Below, piece after piece: positions 40,821-51,000 of a stretch of DNA of 64,000 bases. Position 1 is the stretch's first letter. Each line of letters starts with the position of its first letter. The DNA is from Camelus ferus (lineage: Eukaryota): the NCBI RefSeq assembly GCF_009834535.1, contig NC_045696.1:83888001-83952000 (forward strand). The letters are read 5' to 3'. The translations under genes were made by a program, and so were the position numbers. The notes under the pieces are model-generated. The model was not told where the DNA came from and ran no database searches. It was given only the letters and a program-made list of their open reading frames with translations.

Positions 40821-41079
40821 ACTGTTCCATCACCCTAGGGGACTATGGATCCCTATTAGATAAACCTTTTTCTTAAATGTCTACTGGCTCTAATCTTTTC
40901 TTTTTTAGGCCCCCACTAAACTGTTTTAATACTAACTTAAAATGTCCTGACATTAGGGTCCCTCTTTTTATTCCTCCTTTAGTTTACTGGACTAACACTC
41001 CAACATCTGCTTTCTAAAACCTAAACCAACAGAAATTTTTTCCTAAGACAATTTTTCCACTTACGTAGGCATCACCCTT

Positions 41080-41190
41080 GTTTGTCCCCTTCATCCCTTG
41101 GCTAGGATTAGCTCTATATATTTGACCTCTGTCTTTTCAACCTTCTTATAAAATGTTTCTTCTTATCTAGAGTCAAACTTCAAATGGCTA
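41080..41190 (+). pseudogene. env: env remnant: end of TM membrane anchor and cytoplasmic tail only
   Basis: IFDLCLFNLLIK...KLQMA resembles the gamma-type TM tail FGPCIFNLLVxFVSSRI..KLQM; only ~260 bp separates it from the end of pol. Confidence 0.65.
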
Positions 41191-41397
41191 TATAACAAGG
41201 TAATCAACAAATCAGCCAAGACAGCTGTTATACAAGCCCCTCAATGGACACTGACCCTTCGTTCACCACCTGCCCAGTGACAGCCACCTTGTCTGGGACC
41301 CCAAAGAGCTCCATCGTTGCCCAAGATCAGCAGGAAGTAGCTAGAACTGTCCTCTGTCCTTGCCCTCTACGTCCCAAAGATTTGAGGTCCTAAGACT

Positions 41398-41408
41398 AGA
41401 GGGGGGAA
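41398..41408 (+). promoter_or_regulatory. Polypurine tract
   Basis: AGAGGGGGGAA abutting the TG of the 3' LTR. Confidence 0.9.
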
Positions 41409-41751
41409 TGTTAGGTAGTTTATGTAGAAATGAGCACTGGGCAGGGGGCAGAGGAAGGGTCCAGAACACAAGAAACCTGAGCTGTCAGTCAGCCAGAGGG
41501 CAAGGAACCTGAGTTGTCAATCAATCAATCAATCACAAAACCAGGATATAAAAATAGGAAAACTAAGGGCGCAGTGGCCTTTTTTCCTCTCTTGGATTGG
41601 CCCGCTCCCAGTTCTCGGGAGTGGACTTTTACCTTTTTTACTTCACTAATGAAAATCTTGCTTCTATCACGCTTTCTGTCTCTCATCAAAAATCTTTTTT
41701 TCCAGGTGACTAAGAACTGAGGTAATTCTTATTTCCCTTTTCCTGGTAACA
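41409..41751 (+). repeat. 3' LTR (343 bp)
   Basis: Direct repeat of 35058-35417; TATAAA 41547-41552; poly(A) signal position reads AATGAA (41648-41653). Confidence 0.95.
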
Positions 41752-41826
41752 TCTCTCACTATATGTACATATGTATATCTATTCGTCCTGTTGGTTCTGT
41801 TTATCTGAAGAACCCTGACTACTACA
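41752..41826 (+). mobile_element. MLT2 LTR, right end
   Basis: cctgttggttctgtttatctgaagaaccctgactactaca, same terminus as the MLT2 copy ending at 13319; TSD ccatg/acatg. Confidence 0.85.
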
Positions 41827-41831
41827 ACATG

Positions 41832-42007
41832 TGAAGACACAGGGAGGAGATGGCCGTCTGTAAGCCAAGGAGAAAGGCCTAAGAAGAAACCAACCCCGAG
41901 GACACCTTAATCTCAGACTTCCAGCGGCCAGAACCATGACAAAATAAATGTCTGTTGCTGAAGCCAGTCTGTGGAACTTCGTTCTGGCAGGCGTAGCAAA
42001 CTATACA
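41832..42007 (+). mobile_element. MLT1 LTR, right part
   Basis: tgaagacacagggaggagatggccgtctgtaagccaagg...cagacttccagc...aataaatgtctgttg...gcaaactataca. Confidence 0.85.
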
Positions 42008-42114
42008 GTACAACAGCTTTCAGTCTTGCGTTTCCAGCTTTTCCCCAAGATTAAAATGAAAGAAACAAAAGATACTTGCGGGGGGGGGGGAATAAAGCAA
42101 AAAACAGTAAAAGG

Positions 42115-42274
42115 GGTGGGAGGGTACAGCTCAAGCGGTAGAGCACGTGCTTAGCATACACAGGGTCCTGGGTTCAATCCCCAGTACCTCCTCTAAAAAT
42201 AAATACGTAAACCTAATTCCCCCTCACACAATAAATAAATAAATAGATTAAATTTTTTTAAAGGAAAAAAATCC
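42115..42274 (+). mobile_element. tRNA-Ala-derived SINE (Vic-1-like)
   Basis: Same head and ctaatt(a/c)cc tail motif as the copies at 13933 and 19112. Confidence 0.9.
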
Positions 42275-43184
42275 AAAAAAAGTACAAGGAAGCAAGATCA
42301 AGGATTACTCAAATTTATACCTTTTTTTTTTTCCAATTCCAGGAGGTCTACTTCAAATTTGAGCTTAGTAACTCTGCTGTTGATACCCAGCATCCACCGT
42401 TCAGTAAAAGCACCTGCTTATTTGGAATAAGCCCCAAGACAAACTGGTGGCATCTCTGATTATACTTTTAATAGGCATATTCTTTCCTCAGCTCATATTT
42501 AGCATTAAGATATAAGCACTGCATTATGAAACAGTGCGTCTCACATATATTATGATGCAGTTGATGACAAGAAGAAAAATAAAAAGCAATAAAGGGTTTA
42601 CACAAAACAATTAAGTATAATTAGCTCCCTCAAATCTAGACTAGTTGGCTTTTTTTTTTTTAACAAATGAAAAGTATAAATTGCATTAAATAACTAGTCA
42701 AAATAATTTAGTTGGCAAAAACAGTGAATTCCAAAACAGTAAAATATATTAACTATTTAGCAGTTAGCTAATGCTCTATTATTTTCAGATTCTGCTGCCC
42801 GTTTCAATGCAGGGTCATGCATTAGGAGCCAGAATTGACAGCATCCGTTCCTAAAGAGCAAGAGGTGTCCACGCAGCCAGCCAAGCCCTGTCCAGATACT
42901 CTGAGGGGGGTTCTCAAAGACACCAGGTGATCATTTAGACACATCAGTTTCACAGAGGAAACTGCCTCCAGTAGCCCCTGAGCTTGATCTGCTGACTGTA
43001 CTAGGCACCCCGAAAGAAGGAATCTCATCCCTTCAACCTTGGCTTCTGCCCCGAATGTGCCCTCCTCTAGTCCTCTAACCTCCCATTCACACCTACAGAA
43101 GGGGGTGGGGGTGGGGGATGCTGCAAGGCACCATGGCAGAAAGGGCAAGAAAGCAAGGACACTGAGGGTTCTCCCCAGAACGCT

Positions 43185-43930
43185 AGTTATTTAAAAGATA
43201 AAGAAACGGACAAACCTTTCACAAGATTCACAAAGAAGAGAGAGTACCCAAATAAACAATATTAAGATTAAAAAAAAGAACAGAACTAAAGATATAAAGA
43301 GAATTTTTAAAAATCACAAAAAAACCACTACGTATAATTTCCTGCAGATAAATGTTAATCAACTTTAAGGAGTATAATTTATTAACTATGAACTGTATCT
43401 ATCTACAGTACACAATTTGGCAAATTTTGGAAGTTGTATTATCTGTGAACCCAGCTCCACAAATAAGATTAAGAATATTTCCATTCCCCTTTCTAAAGTT
43501 TCTTGTGCTTCTTTATGCAGATAACTTTGAAAAAGAACAGATTTGCCATCAACTGGACAATTTTATTAAAATGTATAAATTATAAAGTTGAATCAAGGAA
43601 ATAAATAGAATGTCTGAATAGTCCAGTAACCATTAAAGTAGTTGAAAATCTTTCCCCTTCCTCAAAATAAAAGATTCCAAGCAGATGGTTTTCTAGGGGA
43701 TTTTAACCAAACCTTCTAGAAACAGACAGAATTTTCTGTTGTAACACTATTCCAGGCTCTATAAAGAGAATAAAAGCAATCTAATTCATCTCTGGGTAGT
43801 CTTAGCTTGCTATTAAAATTGAACAAAGGCTGTTGAAGAAAAGAAAATCATATGCCAAACTCACCTGTTAACATGGAGGTAAAGTTTCTTTAAATCAGAA
43901 AATTAAACCCAGCAACATATATAAATGCAT
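43185..43930 (+). mobile_element. Ancient L1 ORF2 fragment interrupted by an antisense L1 3' piece (~43355-43510)
   Basis: gacaaacctttcacaagatt...caaataaacaatatt...gatggttttctaggggattttaaccaaacctt; insert flanked by tgcagataa repeats. Confidence 0.6.
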
Positions 43931-44059
43931 TTTTAAAAATGAGTCTGTAGGGAGTCAGTGGATCATGACATAGCAGTTAAGAACTGGTCTAGCTGCCTGC
44001 AATTCACATTAAAGCTTCCTCTGGGATGAGCTTAGCCAATACAAACCAATACGCCACTA

Positions 44060-44575
44060 CCTTACTTAAAACCCTTTCCCCTTTCCTGCCTGCTCTACCT
44101 CCCACCTCGCCTTCAGTATATAACACACCTGCATACAGCTCAGCAATACGAGGACCTCCATGAGGTTGCCTCTACCTCTTTCCCTCAGCATCCTTCCCTC
44201 CACACGCTGTGCTCCAGGTTATCTGAACTGCAGGGGCCTGGTCACACCACACTTTATCACTTCTGTGTCTTTGCTTCCCCACAAACTCCCTGAACCCTTG
44301 TACAGTGAGACACCTAATCTACTTTTGAGGCTCTGCTTTGAAACCTTTTGGGACTCTTCCGTTCTCCCCTGATTCCTAAACCACACCCCTAAAGTAGAAC
44401 TGACCACTCTTTCCCGCTGAACCCAGGCTCTAACTCTATTTAAGCCTTTGCACTATATCATATTAGCATAGCTCTCTCTCTCTTCCTGGACTGTCAGCTT
44501 CCTTCAGGCAAGGATTGTGTCTTTCCTTTTAGTGTCCCTGGCTTTTAGCACTTAATGAGCCTAATGAATGAACTG
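44060..44575 (-). mobile_element. L2 relic
   Basis: ggactgtcagcttccttcaggcaaggattgtgtct...ttagcac...aatgaatgaa L2 3' signature. Confidence 0.6.
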
Positions 44576-46214
44576 ACTTAAGTAGAGGGAGTTTCCTGAT
44601 AATACGTACTTTTCCAGGGTTTAACCCAACATTTAGTAACTGTTGAATGAAAGGGGTTAGCTGTTTCATGTTGTAAAACTTTGGATGTCTTCACTCTAGA
44701 GGCACCATGACTACAATTTTGTTCACAATTAATGGCTATAAAGTTTATTCTTATAATAAATAAAACATATGACACTAATCCAAAATAGATGGTCTAGGAA
44801 GATTGATGGAGAACTGCCCCAAAGAGAGAAAGAATACCAAGACCACACGCACACCAGAAAACTTAATACTCTAATTGAGTAGAGGAGCAGAAGGGATGGG
44901 ATCCCACAGACCAGTGTCATCATATACATTTCAAAGACAGCACAATAAAGATCGAAACCGATGTTCCAGCTTCCAGGGGTGATTAACTGCTACACCACGG
45001 ACAGCATGTGTCTGCAGTTGTAAACGAGAGCTCAGGAAACTTAACCTTCAGAAAAACACCACCCCTTTAGATATACAAGTAGGAGAAAATGTAACAAGCA
45101 GGAAATCACATCATGAATACTGAGGGAACAAAAGAAAAAACTTTTTCTCTTGGGACAAGTTTCAAGCAGTCACACTGATATAAAATATAAGCTGAAGGGG
45201 GTGTAAGCATGAATGTGTCTGCTGCCACCGCATCTTAGAGGAGACTAGGTCGTGCAGGAACACAAGTAAGATCAGAGCTTCTGCGTTTGCCCCGTAGTAG
45301 TGCCCATCCTCATGTAGTTGTGTGTCGGTCAAGGCCATCTTTCCTGCCAGGCCATGCACTTGCCCCCGCAAGGTCCTGGACCTTCCTGAGTTATTCAACA
45401 TCTCCTGCCAAGTTCTTGCAGATGGCCAGGCACCAAGGGCTCACTCAGATATTTGAGGAATCATAATGTGAGTGGAATTAAAGAGATTTACACTGATGAG
45501 TTCATCTTATTTGTTAGAGAAAAGTTAACTATTGTCTGAAACTGAAAATAAATAAATCAGTAGCAAACAGAGATAACCCCCCCCCCAAAAAAAAAAAAAA
45601 CCGTCCACTGGCCCTAAGCAGTCTTCTCCTTCGGGCCACAGCCTACATTGCTGCCAAATGACTGGCCCTATTTTCCTCCAGGCAGCATGGAGCAAAGCTT
45701 TTCACAATGGATAAGATGGGAACTGGGCCAGCAAACCCTGGGTTCCCCAGAGAAGAGCTGGGCAATAATTCAAGCTCTTCTGCAAAAAAACAGGGCAAAA
45801 TACTAAACCATTCATTCAGTCACTGAGCAAATGTTTATCAAGTACCCTGCTTGTATGAGGACTTGTGCAGGACACCAAAGGCTCTGAGTATCTGCAGTGA
45901 ACATAATGCGGGCAGGATGGCCAGGGTGCAAGAGGATGCCCCTACCTCCTCTCTGGCACTGCTCCTAAACAGCCAATTTAAATAGATATCTGCGTCACCA
46001 AGGACATGCTTAAAATAACAAAATCAACAGAGTTCCATAACAGAACCCTAGGATACCAAATATGTCTCTACTTCAGTTGTGAAAATATTTTTAGCTTCAG
46101 CCCCACCCATGAACTTTAGAAAGGTTTTTAGAATTTGAGCTCCTTCAAGGTAGGAATAGCATTTGTTTATTTGTTTTTCTGGATAGATTTTGTTATAGAT
46201 CAGTAAATTCTCAT

Positions 46215-46640
46215 TTCTTTGTTCATTCATTTATTCATGTAACTGAGCACCTCCTATATGCCGGACATGGTTGATGCACCGGGTATACTGTGGTGATCTA
46301 AATAGTTCCTTCCTAATGGGAGAAAGGGGACATTAAATAACGGGGACAATAAAGAAGAAAATCAATAGATGACTGCAATTTCAGGCTATGGTAAGTCTAA
46401 GAAGAGAAAGTGATGTGTTGGCTGGTGGCTAGGGCAGGGAAGAGGAGCTCCTTGACATCAGATGTTAGGAAAGGCATGTCTGAGAAGGTTAATCTGAGCT
46501 GAGACTTAAAGAAGACAGAGGAGCCAGCCAAGGGCAGACTGGAGGTAGTTTCCGGCAGAGGGAAAGGCTAGTGCAGTGGCAGCTACAAGCCAGGTGTGCT
46601 CAAGGACCCAAAAAAGGTCTGTGTGGCTGGAGCGTGGGGA
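46215..46640 (+). mobile_element. L2 relic (strand given as written relative to the 44060 copy; further pieces ~46900-47360 and ~47840-48470)
   Basis: ttcattcatttattca...tgagcacctcctatatgcc...tctgagaagg...tctgagctgagact...gtgtggctggagc. Confidence 0.65.
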
Positions 46641-48893
46641 CTGAGGAGGGCCAGAGGCTTGAGAGAAGCCCCCAACGTGCAGCAAGGTGGGGTCCAGCAC
46701 CATTTCCTCAGGGCACACACCCACCCAGCATGTAGCCTGCTCCCCACACCATGCTGGGCTCTGAGGACGGAAAGGCGTCTGTGACACAGTCGGGCTCCTG
46801 AGGAGCTCCCAACTCAGTGGCAGGTATGAGAACAAACAATCCAAGAACAGGTAAAACGTGTGAAAGCGCCTTGCACTGTGGGAGTTTAGATGAGAGAAAT
46901 TAAACCATCTAGGAAGGGAGAGAGGTCAGCGGAAGCTTCTCAGAGGAGCGACATTTGGGCTGGTTCCTGGAGAACAAGTAGAAGAGTGAAAGTCAGAGGT
47001 GGGGACAAGAGGATTCCATGCTGAGAATTGTATCTGCAAAGTGAGAGAAGCAGTGGTGATGACCTGAAGGTCCAGCTGAAGCCTGGGCTGTGAGCAGGAG
47101 GGGAGGGGCGGGGGGTTTGCCTGCTTTTAAGAGCTTGGACCATGATGCGAGAGAGCCTGGGCTTTGTCCGCAAGTAATAAGATACGTCTGCTTCGATTTT
47201 AGAAGGTATCTGTGGCAGCAGCTGTAAAGCGTGAATCGGATGAGCAAACAGCTGGGGGCAGGAAGATCAACTTTGTTAGCCGTGGCCACCGTCCAAGCAA
47301 GAAAGTAGGGGGAAACTGGAATTAGGGCGCTGGACGAGAAAGAGCCCAGCCCTCTGGCTTACAGGTAGAAGGAGAACGAGAACAAACAAGGGCAGGATGT
47401 AAGAGTCAGCCCAGCATAAATCTAATCACTTGAGTCTGACCTGAATACGGCTTTTGCTGTGTCTTCTTAATTCCTTTATTTTATTGGCTCCTTTATTAAA
47501 GCTTGTACTTTGTGCTGAAGGATTTAGTACTCTCTTTCTCCTTCCCCTTACACCTTCCAAGAGGATTATCTATTAATCCAAATGCTGACAGTCATTCATT
47601 TCCATTACAAAAATAGCCCTACTCTATATAACAGAATCCTCCCTGCACATAGATGAGCATTTTAAATAGAGCCAGAGAAGAAAATGATTCTCAGCATTCT
47701 CTGGATTCCATGTTTATTGTATGAGTCCTTACTATGTTTTATGTTAATGGAATTTAGCGTCAAAAGCAATGGACATCAGATTGAGGTTGGAAGAAAGAAA
47801 CACAATAAATGCAGAGTATCTCATCTTCTTCATCCCTTCCTTCAGTGAGTACAAAGCAGAAAGCACGGTGCTGGGTGCTTCTTAAACATACACAAGGATC
47901 AATGTGGGGGAGGTTTAGATTCTGGCAGGGGATATCTAATGCATAAACACTGATAATATGAAATTAGATGTGGTATGTGGCATAAGGAAAATAATCGACT
48001 ATTGTAGTATTTAGGAAGGAGGATTGCTTCTGGTTGGTGGCATCACAGGGACTTACTGAAGTTGGGGATCTTAGACCTGACGCTCAGTTCAGAAGAGATT
48101 TCAGGTGGGAGAGGTTTCAGAAAGATGGGGATCTGGGGGGATGTGAGGAGCAGAGCGAGTGTTCAGTTTGGCTGCGTGTGAGGAACCAGCCAGGGCTCAG
48201 GCTGGAGGGAGCTGAGGTCTGAACGCCCTGCCGGGCAGTGGACAGCGCACTGCAGGCTGAAAGGAGGATTTGAACAGGAACTGGAATGACCGAGAGCGAG
48301 TTTTAAGGCGATTAGTCTTGGCCGTGGTAGGTAATACAGATTAGATGGAAGAGAGATTGGAAACCATTTAGGAGGCTATTGAAATCGTCGAGGGCAACAG
48401 TAATGAGAGTCTGAAATGAAAGTAGATGCTGTGGAACAGAAAATGAAACAGTGGATTCAAGAGGCCTTAGCAAAAGGCTTTCAAGTCACTCGATTTTTCC
48501 AGAAGCAAGAGAATGTAAAGCAGGGTATTTTTCTTTTCTATCCTCTGCTAAATCACATTTTTGAACAACGATAAAAATTTCATCACATAATTCAAGAGTT
48601 GGTAGCAGTGTCCCAAGAGTACTGAAATGTTTTCTGGGCTCTTTTGAATGGACAAACTCTACTGATAATATTATTTTTAAAAGATTTTCCCAATTTTTAA
48701 GTAAGAATTTTAATTAAAGAAGTCATACATACACAAGGTCACATTCAAAACAGCGCACAGTGGTATATGAAACAAAAACTCCTCTCTTATCTAACAGCCT
48801 CTGTCTAGGGTTCTGGAGGAAACCACTGCTATCATTTTCTAAGATGTTGTTCAAAATCGTTCTGCGTGTGTAAAAGCTTAAATACATACTTGT

Positions 48894-50700
48894 GAGGGGC
48901 GGTCTAAGATGGTGGAATAGCAAGATCTGTAGCTCACGCCCCCCCACAGACACACCGAGTCTGAAGTTACATATGGAACTAGAATGCTGAAAAAGAGCTA
49001 ATGATTAGCTGACCAACTGGAGGCACAACAAGGAATAAAAGGGCCACGTGAGGACAGCTAGGAGAGGCAGAGTCAGTCTCACCAAAAACCCCCTGTGCAC
49101 AACAGGGAGGGATCTCACAAGTCCGGAGCTACTCCCTGAGGAGCGAGGGGTTCGAGGTCTGCATTGGGCACTCCACCCCAGGGCATCTGCCCTGGAGAGA
49201 AGAGGCCCCCTGAACATCTGGCTTTGGAAACCAAAGCAGTTTGTGTCCAGGGGACCCAGGGGGCTGTGGAGACCCGAGATAGTCCTTTTAGAGGACTGGC
49301 ACATAGTCTCACCTATCCCAGGACCCAGCACAAAGGCAGCAGTTAGAGAAGTGCCTGGACTAGACGTGAAGGGGATTCATTTGCTAATCTTGAAGCATCG
49401 GCTAGAGAAGCGGGGACCAGTGGGGACTTTGGGAGCAGAGGCATGGGTGAATGCCATTTTTGCCCCTCCCTGTACCTGGCCAGTGCGGGCGGGTACACAC
49501 AGGCACAGCTTTGCTAAAAGCTGGGTGCGTCTGTGCGCCATGGCCAGCGCTCTTCCACCGCGTTCCTAAAGCTGGTGGGGGAGCACCGTCCACACGGGGG
49601 ACACCACTTGATTGCCTGGCCCTGGGGCCAGCGGGGCTTGCATTTCTGGGCCCCAAAGGACTGTAATCATCGGAAAGACGATTCTGTGCAGGCTCCCGCC
49701 CCCAGGGCACTGCACAGACAGCAGACTAAAACCATCCCCAGTCTGCCTGTGAGACAGGCGCTCTTCCTTGTCCTGAAGCTCCAACCTGAGGGGCAGGCTG
49801 CACGTTTGCCACAGGTGTAGAGGCTACAGAGGAGTGCTCGGGGAACGTGGGCAGGGAGACACCATCCTTGAGCCTTCCCTTGGACTTGCTGTAACTTGCC
49901 AGTAACTCTCCAGAGAGAGTTCTTTCACTCATCTGAAGCCCTGATTTTTGCAACTGTCATCCAGGGACACCTTCAGATCTGGTCTGGAGGCCAGCAGGGT
50001 TTATAACTGTGATCCCACAGGGCTGCATGTACTTGCATATTTTAAAAGCTGCTGCATGAAGTAGGGGGTTAGGCAAGCTCGGTGGTAGAGCACATGCTTA
50101 GCATGCACAAGGTCAATACCTCCATTAAAAAAAAAAAAAGCTGCTGTCTCAAGAAGTGGCTTCCAATCAGCCTAAAACTAGGTGCTGACTGAGATCCCTT
50201 TTACTGGAACACCCATAGGTCTTCACACACCATCAAAAACTGGGATCTATCAAGTATAAGCCAGGCTACTTAGTCAATCACAAAGGTTCAAGAGTCAACC
50301 AAGAGCTAGGGAAAAGTTCAACAACAGGGTTCATTTCCTACACACGGCCGCTCCTTCAAGACTGGGAGAAGTACCTGTTTTGCTTAATACATAGAAGCAA
50401 ACAGAAAGAGTCAAGCAGAATGAGGGAACAGAGGAGTATGTTCCAAATGAAAGAACAAGACAAAACCTCAGAAAAAGACCCCCTGAAGTGGAGATACAGA
50501 GAACGGATTGGTGGTTGCCACAGAAGGTTACCAGAGGAAGGGAGTGGGCAAAATTGGTGAGGTAGGTCAACCGTATGGTGACGGATGGTAACTAGCCTTG
50601 ATGTGGTGATCACTTTGTGTTGTACACAAGTATCAAATTCTGTTGTACACCTGAAATAAATATAATGTTATGTACCAATTTTGCTTCAAGAAAAAAAAAT
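48894..50700 (+). mobile_element. L1 with 5'UTR and ORF1 start fused directly to its terminal ~200 bp (most of ORF1 and all of ORF2 missing)
   Basis: Starts gaggggcggtctaagatggtgg (L1 5' YY1-type start); GC-rich 1.5 kb; ATG 50420 MREQRSMFQMKEQDKTSEK; at ~50493 switches to gatacagagaac...ttgtacacctgaaa...poly(A). Confidence 0.8.
50060..50139 (+). mobile_element. tRNA-Ala-derived SINE lacking the T-arm/B box, inserted in an L1 5' region
   Basis: agctcggtggtagagcacatgcttagcatgcacaaggtc joined to aatacctcca plus poly(A); flanking repeat aaaagctgctg. Confidence 0.8.
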
Positions 50701-50804
50701 GAGAGAAAAACAATACAGTCTTCTCCTTCATCTTTTGACCCAACATGCTGCCATTCTGCCCTTTAATGTTTCCCCCTCTCAGCTTCCACAATGCTTTCTC
50801 TAGC

Positions 50805-51000
50805 ACAAGATTTCTCAGCTCATCATCATAGACGTTTGGGAGGGGTTTAATTGTTTGTTTGGGAGCTGTCCTGTTTAGTGTGGATCCCAGGGATGTAGCG
50901 GCCCTGGACTCTGCCCACTAGACACCAGTAGCTCCTCCTAGTTGTGACAACTGGAAAGGTCTCCAGCTCCAGCTATTGTCAAATATTCTCTGAAAGGCAA
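50805..51000. mobile_element. MER20-like hAT relic
   Basis: tttctcagctc...ctctgcccactagacaccagtagc...gttgtgacaactggaaaggtctccag. Confidence 0.7.

Larger units (their letters stand above)
35058..41751 (+). mobile_element. Decayed ERV1 (gammaretrovirus-like) provirus: LTR-gag-pro-pol-env stub-LTR, antisense within SERPINI1 intron 6
   Basis: Paired LTRs with TGTTA...TAACA termini, PBS, PPT, and gag/protease/RT/RNase H/integrase motifs in the correct order with many stops and frameshifts. Confidence 0.96.

Noticed and set aside
40820..41400. Domesticated env (syncytin-like) gene
   Set aside because: No env ORF; only a frameshifted TM tail stub remains
49005..49953. Cluster of overlapping ORFs or a CpG-island gene
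   Set aside because: GC-rich L1 5'UTR; ORFs on both strands with no recognisable domain
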